Below, piece after piece: positions 25,225 through 35,351 of a stretch of DNA of 37,651 nt. This DNA is from a virus (taxonomy: Duplodnaviria > Caudoviricetes), in IMG/VR virus record IMGVR_UViG_3300027672_001056, positions 1 to 37,651 of that record; one strand, given 5' to 3'. Both the position numbers and the translations under genes were made by a program. How positions within the stretch are numbered: position 1 is the stretch's first letter; every line of letters starts with the position of its first letter. Under the pieces are notes generated by a model. It was not told where the DNA came from, made no database searches, and saw only the letters and a program-made list of their open reading frames with translations.

Positions 25225-27498
25225 TTAGATTTTGCAGGACTCGCAATCCTCTTCATCTATTTCGCTAAGTTCTAATGCCTCGGTTGTATCTAGTTCTCCT
25301 TGACCATCGTTGGTGTTATTGTAATACAATTGCTTTCCGCCGTATTTGTAAAATGTAATTATATCTTTGATTAGTACACTCATTGGTACCTTTTCATCTT
25401 CAAAGTGCTCTGGGTTATAACTTGTATTGACACTAATACCTTGGTCAATATACTTTTGTAGAACAGCCATAATCTTTAAATAGCCTTCTGGTGACTTCTG
25501 ATCCCACAGTAAGTCATACTTGTTTTTAAGTCTAGGGTAGCCTGGCACTACTTGTTTAAGTATACCATGCTTGCTTTGTTTAACACTGATGTAACTGCGT
25601 GGCGGCTCAATACCGTTTGTGCTGTTACTAATCTGTGCTGATGTTTCTGCTGGCATAAGTGCCATTAGTGTTGAGTTACGGATGCCAGTTTCTTTAAGTT
25701 GCTTACGCAATCCTTTCCAATCTTGTCTTTCTTTGTGCTTAACTAATTCGTCTACATCTTTCTTATATGTTTGATTAGGTGTAATTCCTTGTCCGTATTT
25801 TGTTTCTACGGTACCAGGGCATTCGCCTTTTTCTATTGCCAAGTCTGCACTTGCTTTAATTAAAAAGTAACTCCATGCTTCGGCCCATTCGTCTACTAAC
25901 TCTAAGTTAGGATCTTGATATGTTGAGTCATTCTTTGCTAACCAATATGCAAAGTTAATAATACCAATGCCTAACGGTCTACGTTTCATTGTACTTAACT
26001 GTGCCGCTAGTACTGGGTAACTTTGGTAGTCTAAGAGTGCGTCTAAGCCCCTTACAGCAAGATTACATACTCGCTCCATCTGTTTGAAGTCTTTAATAAT
26101 ACCCCAGTTAATTGCACTTAAAGTACATAAACTAATCTCTCCGTCAGGGTCATTAATGCTAGTTAAAGGCTTAGTAGGTAAGTTAATTTCACAACATAAA
26201 TTACTCTGCTTAATCGGTGCAACATCTTCTCTAAATGAACTATGCGTATTAGCATGATCCACATTCATTAGGTAAATTCTACCTGTATCTTTTCTTTCAG
26301 TAGCAAATGCACTAAACAAATCCATTGCTTTAATAGTCTTCTTCTTAATACGAGTGTTACGTTCAGCACATTCATATATTTCTTTAAACTTGTCTTGGTC
26401 TTGGAAAAATGTCTCATATAATCCAGGCACATCGTGTGGTGAGAACAATGTAATATCTCCGCCAGTTAGCAGTCTTTCGTACATTAGTTTGTTAAACTGT
26501 ACACCATAGTCCATGTGTCGTACACGATTCTCTTCAGTGCCTTTGTTGTTCTTTAATACTAGCATGTCTTCAATTTCAGCATGCCAGATGGGATAGTATA
26601 ATGTGGCTGCGCCGCCTCTTACTCCACCTTGTGAACAACTTTTTACAGCACTCTGGAATAGTTTATAGAAGGGGATAACTCCTGTGTGGGTTGCATCTCC
26701 ACTCCTAATAGGCGAGCCAATTGCTCTAATACTACCTGCACCAATGCCAATGCCTGCCTTTTGGCTAACATACTTAACAATAGCACTTGTAGTAGCATTA
26801 ATGCTATCTAAACTGTCATCTGTCTCAATAAGTACACAACTACTAAACTGTCTTTGTGGTGTACGCACACCGGCCATAACAGGTGTAGGTAAACTTATTT
26901 CAAATGTACTAATTGCATCATAGTATGTTTTAACATATTGTAGTCTTGTTTCTTTGTCATACTTACTAAACAATGTCATAGCAATCATTATATATGCTAC
27001 TTGCGGTGTTTCAAATATCTCACCAGTTGCTCTGTTTTGTACAAGGTACTTACCACGGAATTGTTCCATAGCCGCATAAGTTAAACCCTCATCTCTGTCG
27101 TGCCTAATGTAGTTACTTAGTTCGTCAATTTCGTCTTTTGTGTATGCTATTAAAATTTCTCTATCGTAGAAGCCTTTCTTAACATTTTTATCTATAATAT
27201 CACATAAGCACGGTGGGCTAAATTTACCGTATACTTGTTTACGCAAATGATAGTTGATTAGCCTGCCTGCTACATATTGATAGTTTGGTGTTTCTTCGCT
27301 GATTAAATCTGCGGCACTTTTGATAAGTGTCTCTTGAATATCAGTACTAGTAATCCCAGTGTACAACTGTATCTGGCTGTTAATTTCTACTTCACTAGGA
27401 CTAACGCCTGTTATGCCATCGCAGGCATATTGTACTACCTTGTGCAACTTATCTATATTAATGTCTTCGAGTTGCCCAGATCGTTTTTGTACTTGCAT
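25225..27498 (-). CDS. nrdA: Ribonucleotide reductase class Ia alpha subunit
   Basis: ATP-cone VQKRSG, FSSC, SNLCCEI, LCTL, LYY, CESCKI; start set at MQVQKR. Confidence 0.97.
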   Translation of the reverse strand: MQVQKRSGQLEDINIDKLHKVVQYACDGITGVSPSEVEINSQIQLYTGITSTDIQETLIKSAADLISEETPNYQYVAGRLINYHLRKQVYGKFSPPCLCDIIDKNVKKGFYDREILIAYTKDEIDELSNYIRHDRDEGLTYAAMEQFRGKYLVQNRATGEIFETPQVAYIMIAMTLFSKYDKETRLQYVKTYYDAISTFEISLPTPVMAGVRTPQRQFSSCVLIETDDSLDSINATTSAIVKYVSQKAGIGIGAGSIRAIGSPIRSGDATHTGVIPFYKLFQSAVKSCSQGGVRGGAATLYYPIWHAEIEDMLVLKNNKGTEENRVRHMDYGVQFNKLMYERLLTGGDITLFSPHDVPGLYETFFQDQDKFKEIYECAERNTRIKKKTIKAMDLFSAFATERKDTGRIYLMNVDHANTHSSFREDVAPIKQSNLCCEINLPTKPLTSINDPDGEISLCTLSAINWGIIKDFKQMERVCNLAVRGLDALLDYQSYPVLAAQLSTMKRRPLGIGIINFAYWLAKNDSTYQDPNLELVDEWAEAWSYFLIKASADLAIEKGECPGTVETKYGQGITPNQTYKKDVDELVKHKERQDWKGLRKQLKETGIRNSTLMALMPAETSAQISNSTNGIEPPRSYISVKQSKHGILKQVVPGYPRLKNKYDLLWDQKSPEGYLKIMAVLQKYIDQGISVNTSYNPEHFEDEKVPMSVLIKDIITFYKYGGKQLYYNNTNDGQGELDTTEALELSEIDEEDCESCKI

Positions 27499-27542
27499 GT
27501 GTTCTTCCGTTGTCTGTTTGTTTCTAAATTTGTTTAGTGTAG

Positions 27543-27587
27543 TATTTACCAGAAGCAAATTATACATTAAAACTACGTTAATGTCAA
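27543..27587 (-). promoter_or_regulatory. Tandem sigma70 promoter (TTGACA-N17-TATAAT) and TAAATA motif upstream of nrdA
   Basis: TTGACA 27587-27582 (contains the upstream TGA), TATAAT 27564-27559, TAAATA 27548-27543. Confidence 0.85.
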
Positions 27588-28015
27588 CTGAAAAGTGAGG
27601 AAGTTTTAATCTTATGTGAGTTAAATCGTGTGCTATTGTCTATAACGTATTGTAGGCTTGCAGTCTCGCCTGGTATGAAATTATAAGCCACTTGTTCATG
27701 AATTAGCACTAGTCCATCATTTCCATTTATATGATTACTTATCACTTCAAAGTACAATTCATCAGCTGTTATGAATCCTTTGTTGGCTAATGTTGCCGCT
27801 AATATAAGGGTGATTCCGGATTGGCAAAAATAGCCTTCAGATACTATTTCGAACACATTAGGCCAGTCCTTGGGAGTATAATAATCTATGTACCTAGGTA
27901 TAGGTTTGATGTCAGCGAATGCTTCTAATAAAGGTTCTACAGTTAGATACTCTGCCTGCCTAACTGCTCGCCAGGCATTCAACCGATCCGATGACGTTTG
28001 GTTTTTGTTAAACAT
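27584..28015 (-). CDS. Hypothetical protein (143 aa)
   Basis: Intact ORF; RL.AW..R and WP..FE...G.FC motifs; function unknown. Confidence 0.75.
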   Translation of the reverse strand: MFNKNQTSSDRLNAWRAVRQAEYLTVEPLLEAFADIKPIPRYIDYYTPKDWPNVFEIVSEGYFCQSGITLILAATLANKGFITADELYFEVISNHINGNDGLVLIHEQVAYNFIPGETASLQYVIDNSTRFNSHKIKTSSLFS

Positions 28016-28032
28016 ATATTAAACTAGTAACG

Positions 28033-30543
28033 TTAGTCAGCCCATCTTCTTACGATATATTTCACTGTTACCGATGTGGCAGGAGTTAGTGTATTACTTA
28101 CTGTTATAGCTCCGTTTTCACTAGTGAAGTTTGCTTCAAAATTTACATTACCTGTTAACGTACCTGAACGTGCATCTGTGTAATTGTCTGCAAATATAAC
28201 ATCGTCAATGGTACTATCACCTGAGTATGTTAACGTACCAACACGCCTATAACTACCTAAACCTGTTGTGGCTTGCATACTGTATTCTACAAATTGCGTG
28301 TTGACAGGATTAGCACCACCAAACGGTATATCTAATTCTGACACTGTTGTATTGCCTGTTAGTATGGTTAATTGCTCTGGAGCAGTATATGCTGTTATTG
28401 CTGTACCTGCCGCTAGTGCTTCTGATGTGAGGAACTCAATGTTTGTTTTAATATTCATCAATCCTCTGATGTCAGTGTTAACTGATTCAAAGTATAGATT
28501 GTTTAATATTCTAGTAAAATCTCTTGCTTGGGTTCGTTCTTCGAAATTCATCTCACCAACTGCGCCGTTGATTTTGGTATCCCATTTAGCAGGGAAATGT
28601 CCGTTACCCGGACTTGCTGCTTCAGCACTGTTAAATTCTGTGTTTACATATATAGTTGAGAATATGTTTACATCATCGTACGCCTTTGTTGCGAATAGCC
28701 AATCTTCTAATTTTGCTTTAACAGTTGAATCTGTACGATCGTATTCGTCTGCTGTGAGACCTAATGCTGTTACTGTGTCCGCTGTATCATTATGTAATGC
28801 AAATTTAAATGGTGTTTTTTGTACTGCTTCAGAGTGAGTAATATACATTTTATTAGTCTCACCAGGAATAGTAGAAATCTTAGGCCATAAATTAGCACCG
28901 TTAACTGTTGTTTGCACTGCTACAGATGTACTAGCTGCTGATAGATCATATGATGCAACTGGTGTTGCTTCGATTGTTGCACTTGACACAATTGGTTTAG
29001 ATGTTAGTGAGGTTGAGTTAGCACTTGTACTATCGGTAGTAGCTGTTATAAATGTATTACCTGTAACGGCATTAACAACATGATTACCCGATAATCCACC
29101 AGCGCCGGAGGCGAGTACAACACTATTGCCTGTTAGGTTACCGTGCCTTGGGCTTTGTATAACTACATTACCTGCTACGCCATCTTTGTATGTTACAAAT
29201 GTTAATAGGTTTAAGTCAGCACTCGAGCTATAGTCTGCATAATCTTTTGCAACTGTAATTGTATTATTTGTTGAATCAATAGCAGTAACATTTCCTTGGG
29301 TACCGGATAGTTGTGATGAATCTGTTGCATGGTCATATAAGAAATAAATAACATCATCAATTTCTGTGTTTTCAACATTTTCAACTGAGATTTTAATGTT
29401 ACCACTGTCATTAGCAACCGTTGATATTTGTCTTGTTATACTTGAAGCATTATTTGGTAATGTTGCAGTTATTGTTGCGCCGGCCGATGAATATGCTGTT
29501 ACTGCTAATACTTTACCAGTTGACAACCAGTCGTTGCCACCTTTAACATATACATGATTGTAGTAACCAGCTGGATCGTAATCTCCGTCACTGTCAATTG
29601 AATAACTGCCTGTTAATAAATTTCCTGCTAACGCAAGAGAACTTGCGCCTGCGGTTGATACAACGCCAGCTCTGGCTGTATCAGTTTTTGTTAAGTATAA
29701 TGTGCCCAATGTTTCTGCATACGAAGCAGTGTTTGGTGTATGCTTTACATCGGTTGCAACTTGAATATGCTTAAACTGCATACCAATATAACCAATGCCA
29801 ATTCCGCCTGCAACTCTAACATTGTCATTAGATAGTTGCCTATAAGTAGTTATTCCTTTGTCTGAGTAAAAACCAGGCTTGCCTGTTTTACCGATTGTGG
29901 TATTTCCTAGAGCTTCAATAATTGCTGTGTTAGCATAGTATGATACTGAAATTTCATCAGCACCACTCGGCGATGTTCTAAGTGAGAGCGTGTGGGTATT
30001 AGCTGCTGCTGCAAGGGTACCTGTCTGTGAGAAAAAGTAATCATTACCGGATGCTATTGTGGCTACATTAGATGGACTAAGTGCTGTACCGTTTTTGAGA
30101 ACTGTTAAATCTGTAGGTACAAAAGCATCACCTGTTATGTTGTTTTGGAAAGCTGCTGTACTTGCAATGTTTGTAAATACGCTACCAAGCCTTCCGTACT
30201 CATTTGCTTCAGAGGATGTTGCAACATTAGTTGCTGGTGTCCAACTTATACTATCTGTAACACCATCGAACTCACCTTTGTCGTATACCTTGTGAGGCAC
30301 AATGAATTTAATCATTTGCACATTGGCTAAATTTGCTGTAGTACTCTGGGCACTTGCAGTCTTTTCAAAGTTGCCTGTCTTATTGTAAATGTCAGATACA
30401 GCATCGGTTGTGTCTGCACCAATATAAATTTGTCTGCTATCTGTAGCAAACCCTATTTCACCTGGTCGCAACGGCTTAGGGAGGTCTTGTTTCTGACCTC
30501 TGCGTTGTTGCATTCGTACGATTTTTGTTGTTTCTTCTGCCAC
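28033..30543 (-). CDS. Virion structural protein (tail/baseplate-type)
   Basis: N-terminal RRG..DLP..L.PGEIGFATD..QIYIG attachment-like motif; T/S/A/N/G-rich; GTG start with GAGG RBS. Confidence 0.75.
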   Translation of the reverse strand: MAEETTKIVRMQQRRGQKQDLPKPLRPGEIGFATDSRQIYIGADTTDAVSDIYNKTGNFEKTASAQSTTANLANVQMIKFIVPHKVYDKGEFDGVTDSISWTPATNVATSSEANEYGRLGSVFTNIASTAAFQNNITGDAFVPTDLTVLKNGTALSPSNVATIASGNDYFFSQTGTLAAAANTHTLSLRTSPSGADEISVSYYANTAIIEALGNTTIGKTGKPGFYSDKGITTYRQLSNDNVRVAGGIGIGYIGMQFKHIQVATDVKHTPNTASYAETLGTLYLTKTDTARAGVVSTAGASSLALAGNLLTGSYSIDSDGDYDPAGYYNHVYVKGGNDWLSTGKVLAVTAYSSAGATITATLPNNASSITRQISTVANDSGNIKISVENVENTEIDDVIYFLYDHATDSSQLSGTQGNVTAIDSTNNTITVAKDYADYSSSADLNLLTFVTYKDGVAGNVVIQSPRHGNLTGNSVVLASGAGGLSGNHVVNAVTGNTFITATTDSTSANSTSLTSKPIVSSATIEATPVASYDLSAASTSVAVQTTVNGANLWPKISTIPGETNKMYITHSEAVQKTPFKFALHNDTADTVTALGLTADEYDRTDSTVKAKLEDWLFATKAYDDVNIFSTIYVNTEFNSAEAASPGNGHFPAKWDTKINGAVGEMNFEERTQARDFTRILNNLYFESVNTDIRGLMNIKTNIEFLTSEALAAGTAITAYTAPEQLTILTGNTTVSELDIPFGGANPVNTQFVEYSMQATTGLGSYRRVGTLTYSGDSTIDDVIFADNYTDARSGTLTGNVNFEANFTSENGAITVSNTLTPATSVTVKYIVRRWAD

Positions 30544-30576
30544 TGTTAAGCCTCTCTTATTACTTAACAGTATTTA
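30542..30576 (-). promoter_or_regulatory. TAAATA late motif overlapping a 9-bp hairpin that pairs the start codon
   Basis: ACTGTTAAG (30542-30550) / CTTAACAGT (30563-30571); TAAATA 30576-30571. Confidence 0.7.
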
Positions 30577-30590
30577 TCACTTTGAACTAA

Positions 30591-31265
30591 CTAAACTTTA
30601 TTATAATAGTCCGCTAGTCTTCTTGCCCATTTAGTGCAGTATTCTTCAAATTCGTCGCCTTCTATAACAAAGTCTTTATAGTTAGCTTCACGGTCTACCA
30701 TTAGGATGGCAACCTGCTTGATGTTTGTACCAAACATTTCATTATGTGCAAGTGCGTATGCACATCCTTGCATAAAGTAATCTTCAATCCACTCACGTTT
30801 CTTGATCTTTTTAGAAGTCTTGAAGTCAATAATACTTTCAACACCGTTAAACATACCCACAGCATCGCTTGTACCTGCGTATAAGCCTTTTGCTAACAGA
30901 GCTACTTCAACACCCCATATCTCATCTACTTGGCTTAACCCTTCTGCAATCATTACATTTAGCATGTCTCTAGCCATTACGCTTACAACATTATTACCTT
31001 TGATTTCGTAATCTTCTACTAGTACATACTTTTCTAATGCATTATGCACCTTAGTGCCTAGCCCAGCGGCTTCTTGACTGATGCGAGTAGCTTCAGCATC
31101 GCCTACACGTTTACGCCAATTAATAAGAGCTGTCTTATCACCGGTATCCGAAAGCACCGTAGTTACACTAGGTACTGGTTGATTGTCTTCGCCGGTGTAC
31201 TGGCGTTGTCCGTTTTTTGCTGTTACTCTTTTAAGAGTTGGGTAAGTGAACTTTTCTACTAGCAT
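30591..31265 (-). CDS. PD-(D/E)XK exonuclease
   Basis: PSVTTVL, GTKVH, E...YAGTSD...IIDFKT, Q..AYA. Confidence 0.88.
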   Translation of the reverse strand: MLVEKFTYPTLKRVTAKNGQRQYTGEDNQPVPSVTTVLSDTGDKTALINWRKRVGDAEATRISQEAAGLGTKVHNALEKYVLVEDYEIKGNNVVSVMARDMLNVMIAEGLSQVDEIWGVEVALLAKGLYAGTSDAVGMFNGVESIIDFKTSKKIKKREWIEDYFMQGCAYALAHNEMFGTNIKQVAILMVDREANYKDFVIEGDEFEEYCTKWARRLADYYNKV

Positions 31266-31292
31266 GTAATAAGCCTTTATAATTTAAACAAT

Positions 31293-31321
31293 AGTATAAC
31301 ACATAGTGATATTGTTGTCAA
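31293..31321 (-). promoter_or_regulatory. sigma70 promoter TTGACA-N17-TATACT, extended -10
   Basis: Hexamers at 31321-31316 and 31298-31293. Confidence 0.8.
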
Positions 31322-31322
31322 T

Positions 31323-31348
31323 AAAAAAGGCATATAAAAATGCCTTTT
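31323..31348 (-). terminator. Rho-independent terminator (possibly bidirectional)
   Basis: AAAAGGCAT-N6-ATGCCTTTT inverted repeat directly before the promoter -35. Confidence 0.75.
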
Positions 31349-31367
31349 GTTTCAATAACTTACGTTA

Positions 31368-31685
31368 TTACCAGCTAACATTCCATTGTAATGCAGTTGC
31401 ATTGTCAGGATCTGTGATAATACTAACACCGTAGCCTAACTTAGTGAAGTAGTTTTTTACATAGTTAAGTTGATCTAGTTTAGTCGGATCTGTTGTAATG
31501 CTGTTATATACATAGTAGTACACATTACTGTTAGTCATTGTAGAATTGTTTACATTTGCGTAAAGCACACCAGCATCAACATTAGCATATACTGCGTTTT
31601 CAATAGCAGTTACTTCGTTGTGGATCACAGTATTATTTCTAGTGCTGCTTCTTGCTGTTTTAGCATTTATGAATATGCCGGGCAT
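31368..31685 (-). CDS. Hypothetical protein (105 aa)
   Basis: Coupled to the upstream gene; F..LGY.V...W.VSW C-terminus. Confidence 0.75.
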   Translation of the reverse strand: MPGIFINAKTARSSTRNNTVIHNEVTAIENAVYANVDAGVLYANVNNSTMTNSNVYYYVYNSITTDPTKLDQLNYVKNYFTKLGYGVSIITDPDNATALQWNVSW

Positions 31686-31686
31686 G

Positions 31687-32025
31687 TTATACTATCTCCG
31701 TATTCATTGCAGTTGTTGCGGCACCTTTTGCTAAATCAGATACTGTGTCTGCCGCTGTTTCGTCATCGCCTGTGCTTATTTCTGCAGGTAATTGATTGTT
31801 AGGTTTAATTATATCTCTGTTTACACTACTGGCATGTCCGCTCTTATCAATTGCTGTAATAAGTTCGTCTGTTGTAGTAACATAGCCTTGCTTGGCTAAT
31901 AATGATCTAAATTTTTCAGTAGGAATGTCTTGTACACCTTTGGCTGCTAGTTTTGTTAGCAAATCTTGCACTGTTAGAATTAAGTCGGAAAAATATCCTT
32001 CTGATATTACTTCGTTGATTAACAT
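31687..32025 (-). CDS. Hypothetical protein (112 aa)
   Basis: MLINEVISE start, GAGG RBS, 1-nt spacing to both neighbours. Confidence 0.75.
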   Translation of the reverse strand: MLINEVISEGYFSDLILTVQDLLTKLAAKGVQDIPTEKFRSLLAKQGYVTTTDELITAIDKSGHASSVNRDIIKPNNQLPAEISTGDDETAADTVSDLAKGAATTAMNTEIV

Positions 32026-32026
32026 T

Positions 32027-33325
32027 TTAGACCTCTACAGGGTTTCTACCTAGTGGCTCTTCTTCAGGCCCAGCTGCTGCAGGTTCATTAACGTCCATTA
32101 CTGGCTCTTCTAATCCTACGTCTGGTGCGCCGCCTAAATCAGCAGTATCACCTAATCCCATATCATCTGAGCCTACAACTGTACCTGCACCAATTAATGT
32201 TGCTATAGAATTATCAAGTCCTAATTTAGCACCTTTAGATGATTCAATATATGTTCCTAATAAGCCTTGAACACTGTCTGCAAAAGTAGCTGCTGCTTGA
32301 GCACCCATTTCGCCACGCATTTGATCTGCAATTGCTGGTAAACTTTCGTTCATCATACGTCCAATTTCTTCAACATGATCCTGGATGTCATCTGCTAATG
32401 CTCTTACTGCCATTACAACTTCTGCTTCTTCTACTGTAGTGCCTTCGACTTCTTCGTTAATCATATCGTCTACGATAGAGTCAAACATTGTTCCTTCATT
32501 TTTCTTTTCGTCTTCTTCGCCAGTGACGTCAAACTCTTTTCCGCCTACTGTAAATTTCTTTTCGCCTTTTGCAATAGCGTCTCGTCTAGCACCAGTAAAT
32601 TTGTTTTGTTCTGCTACTTTAGCACCAAACATTTTAATACCGCTACCAACTGCATCTTCTTCTAAACCGTTTAAGAAACCAACAACTGCATCTCTGCTTT
32701 TTTCTGTTACTTTAGCAAAAGATTCTAACTTCTCTTCAATTGCTTCTAGGCTTTCTGTACCTGATAATTCAACACCACACTCTTTAGCAAGTTCTCTAAG
32801 CAACGAATCGTTAAGGTCTGTTTCTGGGATATACTCGCCTTCCTCTTCAATACTTTCATGCTTACTGCCACATGATTCTACATAGCTTTTTGCTGCTGAA
32901 AGGATAATTGGCATAACGTGTTCGTCATCATATGCAAAACGTGAATCCATTCTGTATTGATTCATGCACTCGCCACAAGCCTCATCCATTGTGTAGCCAC
33001 TGTCCATTAAACTGCAAACACTTGCGTTGATCATCTCTTTCATGTCACCATGTGCAGGTGATTCAGCATAGTAGCCTTCCGCAATCATAGTTTCGACAAC
33101 ATCCTTGATGCCTAAAAACTTTGCGTATTCTGGTTTTTGCTGAAACTTAGTGTTATTACTTTTTATTAGATTTATACTTTTTAAAGCAGTTTCTAATAAA
33201 CCGTTTAACTTTGCTTTCCTAGGAAATCCAGTAGTCTTTAAAGACACACCGAATTCTTCCTTGAGCATTTTATTAACTTTGGCAATTCTACTTGCGCCTT
33301 TTTGATTGAATTCTTTTAAAAACAT
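32027..33325 (-). CDS. Acidic helical virion/head (core/scaffold-like) protein
   Basis: 432 aa, E-rich, many (I/L/V)xE sites; AGGA RBS; TAAATA at 33368-33363. Confidence 0.65.
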   Translation of the reverse strand: MFLKEFNQKGASRIAKVNKMLKEEFGVSLKTTGFPRKAKLNGLLETALKSINLIKSNNTKFQQKPEYAKFLGIKDVVETMIAEGYYAESPAHGDMKEMINASVCSLMDSGYTMDEACGECMNQYRMDSRFAYDDEHVMPIILSAAKSYVESCGSKHESIEEEGEYIPETDLNDSLLRELAKECGVELSGTESLEAIEEKLESFAKVTEKSRDAVVGFLNGLEEDAVGSGIKMFGAKVAEQNKFTGARRDAIAKGEKKFTVGGKEFDVTGEEDEKKNEGTMFDSIVDDMINEEVEGTTVEEAEVVMAVRALADDIQDHVEEIGRMMNESLPAIADQMRGEMGAQAAATFADSVQGLLGTYIESSKGAKLGLDNSIATLIGAGTVVGSDDMGLGDTADLGGAPDVGLEEPVMDVNEPAAAGPEEEPLGRNPVEV

Positions 33326-33384
33326 TTTTTTATTTCCTAGGTATTAAATTCTCTATTACTGTTATTTATCATCTTTGTACACTT

Positions 33385-33774
33385 TTAGCTAAACCGTTTT
33401 AGTTCTTCTTTAGTATAATTAAACTTACATATGGTATCAAGCAGTCTTGCTTCTGTTATTTGTAGCTTAGTAAAGTCTTTTGTGGTTTTGATAGTGTGCC
33501 TATAGAACATAATGTCATTTCTACATCTAAAATATTGAGTTATTAAGCCTTCTAATTTAATTTTATTTCCTAAACTCACAGCTAAACCTTTGTTACGCAA
33601 CCTACATAAGTAAGAGGCAACACATTTCATAGGTAATTCTGACGCCACAATAGCTTTTGATATATGTTCTTGTATTACAAAGTGATCATCTTTTTTAGTT
33701 ACAACATAAACGCCTTTCTTAGCAACGTTCTTTGCTATAGTATCTAACTGTTTTGTAAGTTTTTGTTTGTTCAT
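33385..33774 (-). CDS. Basic hypothetical protein (129 aa)
   Basis: Start set at the ATG at 33774, 5 nt after TAAATA. Confidence 0.7.
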   Translation of the reverse strand: MNKQKLTKQLDTIAKNVAKKGVYVVTKKDDHFVIQEHISKAIVASELPMKCVASYLCRLRNKGLAVSLGNKIKLEGLITQYFRCRNDIMFYRHTIKTTKDFTKLQITEARLLDTICKFNYTKEELKRFS

Positions 33775-33797
33775 ACAGGTATTTATGAACAGATGTG

Positions 33798-34019
33798 CTA
33801 AAGTTTTTGTTTTGCTGAGTATAAAGTATAACACTCAGACCCATTTTTTACTTCTTTTTGAAAGATATTCTTTTTATGCATCTCATCTGCAAGGTGTGCA
33901 TCACGTTCTGATAGCTCTGCTGTGGTTAATTTACCAAGTGTTTCTACCTGAGCATATAGCTCTGATTCAAACTTGTTAATTAAACTTAACTGATTGTCTT
34001 TACATTTAACTGCTCTCAT
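33798..34019 (-). CDS. Hypothetical protein (73 aa)
   Basis: TAAATA-CTAGT-ATG; LSERD..LA motif. Confidence 0.7.
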   Translation of the reverse strand: MRAVKCKDNQLSLINKFESELYAQVETLGKLTTAELSERDAHLADEMHKKNIFQKEVKNGSECYTLYSAKQKL

Positions 34020-34020
34020 A

Positions 34021-34932
34021 CTAGTATTTACCTAATTTTTGCATAGTTAACTTTGCAATGTCTAACTGTGTTTGAGGACCAGTATGTATCATATCTCTAG
34101 CCCAGTCTGAAGGAGATATTTCAGATAATTGCGTTACAACTAAAGGAATGCCTCTGGCTTTAGCAATTAATTCTAATGTTTTTATGTGCATATCATAATT
34201 TATTTGCGAAGTAGAAGTAATTATATCTATATACTTGTTTATGGTATCAGCATCTAATTCAGATGATGTTTTTTCTAACAACTCTGTCCTCATAGTTGAT
34301 ACTAAGTAAAAATCATCCTGCACCATTGCAACATGTGTTCGACCCATAGGCGGTAAAAGTACAGCTATGGCTGTTAAGTTAGGCAAGTCTTCGTCTAAAA
34401 AGTTTAATGCATACCATATGCTTGTCTCTAATGAGCATGCAGGAGTTCCTAAATTATATGTAGTCTCACCTGTAAGTTCAGCAAGTTGTGATGGCCAAGA
34501 TTGATTAGCATGTATTCCTGAGCCATATGTATGACTACAACCAAAACATGCTATGCCTGGTGCATCACTAAAATGCGTATCACGGAAGCCTTGCTTGTTT
34601 GTTTTATACCATACATCAACAAGTTGATCAGTACTGTTATCCCACCAGCTATAAAATTTAAGTTGTTTCTTTTGTCTGTTAGAAAAACCAGTTTCGTTCA
34701 TTCTAAATTCGTAAGGATGCCAGTTACATACGTTGTAGTCATCTTCTTGGAATTGTTCAATGCCCATTGCACTGAGTTGTTGATTGTTAAATCGATGTAT
34801 ATACGGAGCAGTAGAACTATGCTCAATTGTTTTCTTTATTGTGTCTCTGCTTGTTTTAAGCAGTTCCTGCTTGTCTAAATGCTTGGCGGTAGGCCCATGC
34901 ATTTGAGACCAACGGTCATCTATTTTTGCCAT
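34021..34932 (-). CDS. SGNH-like protein
   Basis: YKTNKQGFR, FGCSHTYG, NLGTPACS, ARDMIHTG. Confidence 0.7.
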   Translation of the reverse strand: MAKIDDRWSQMHGPTAKHLDKQELLKTSRDTIKKTIEHSSTAPYIHRFNNQQLSAMGIEQFQEDDYNVCNWHPYEFRMNETGFSNRQKKQLKFYSWWDNSTDQLVDVWYKTNKQGFRDTHFSDAPGIACFGCSHTYGSGIHANQSWPSQLAELTGETTYNLGTPACSLETSIWYALNFLDEDLPNLTAIAVLLPPMGRTHVAMVQDDFYLVSTMRTELLEKTSSELDADTINKYIDIITSTSQINYDMHIKTLELIAKARGIPLVVTQLSEISPSDWARDMIHTGPQTQLDIAKLTMQKLGKY

Positions 34933-34953
34933 CTATGTTACCTGTTCTGTGTG

Positions 34954-35331
34954 TTAAATGTTTTGCTGATGTCTTGACTTTTTAGACTTGCCGTATCCAC
35001 CTGTTTGTAGAGTAGCCTCGGCATGCATTGCTGCCATGTGCTTGTTATATTTCTTAGTACCTTTTTTATGTGGGCTCTTACCTTCTCTGTGAATGTAGCC
35101 ATCTTCTTCACCAGTACCACCACAAGCATCACAGCCTTCGCCTTTACAAAGTTCACATTTCGGAAGTACTTCGTCTTTAGTGTTCTCAGTTGCTTTTTTC
35201 TTTTTCTTTTTGGGAGTTGCATTAGCAAACACACTTGCATTAGGTCTTTTTTGCATACCGCCTAATGGAGCTGCAACGGTAGCAATACCGCCTGCACTAG
35301 TTGTTTCTTGTATAATGTCATTGATCTTCAT
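34954..35331 (-). CDS. Small head-type protein (MKINDIIQETTSAGGIATV) with Zn-finger and basic patches
   Basis: CELCKGEGCDACGGTG; PKKKKKK; TAAATA 5 nt before ATG. Confidence 0.7.
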   Translation of the reverse strand: MKINDIIQETTSAGGIATVAAPLGGMQKRPNASVFANATPKKKKKKATENTKDEVLPKCELCKGEGCDACGGTGEEDGYIHREGKSPHKKGTKKYNKHMAAMHAEATLQTGGYGKSKKSRHQQNI

Positions 35332-35351
35332 ATTAGTATTTACCGTTTTTA

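Noticed and set aside
24075-27498. Introns, inteins or homing endonucleases in nrdA/nrdB
   Set aside because: Both ORFs are continuous and of ordinary length.
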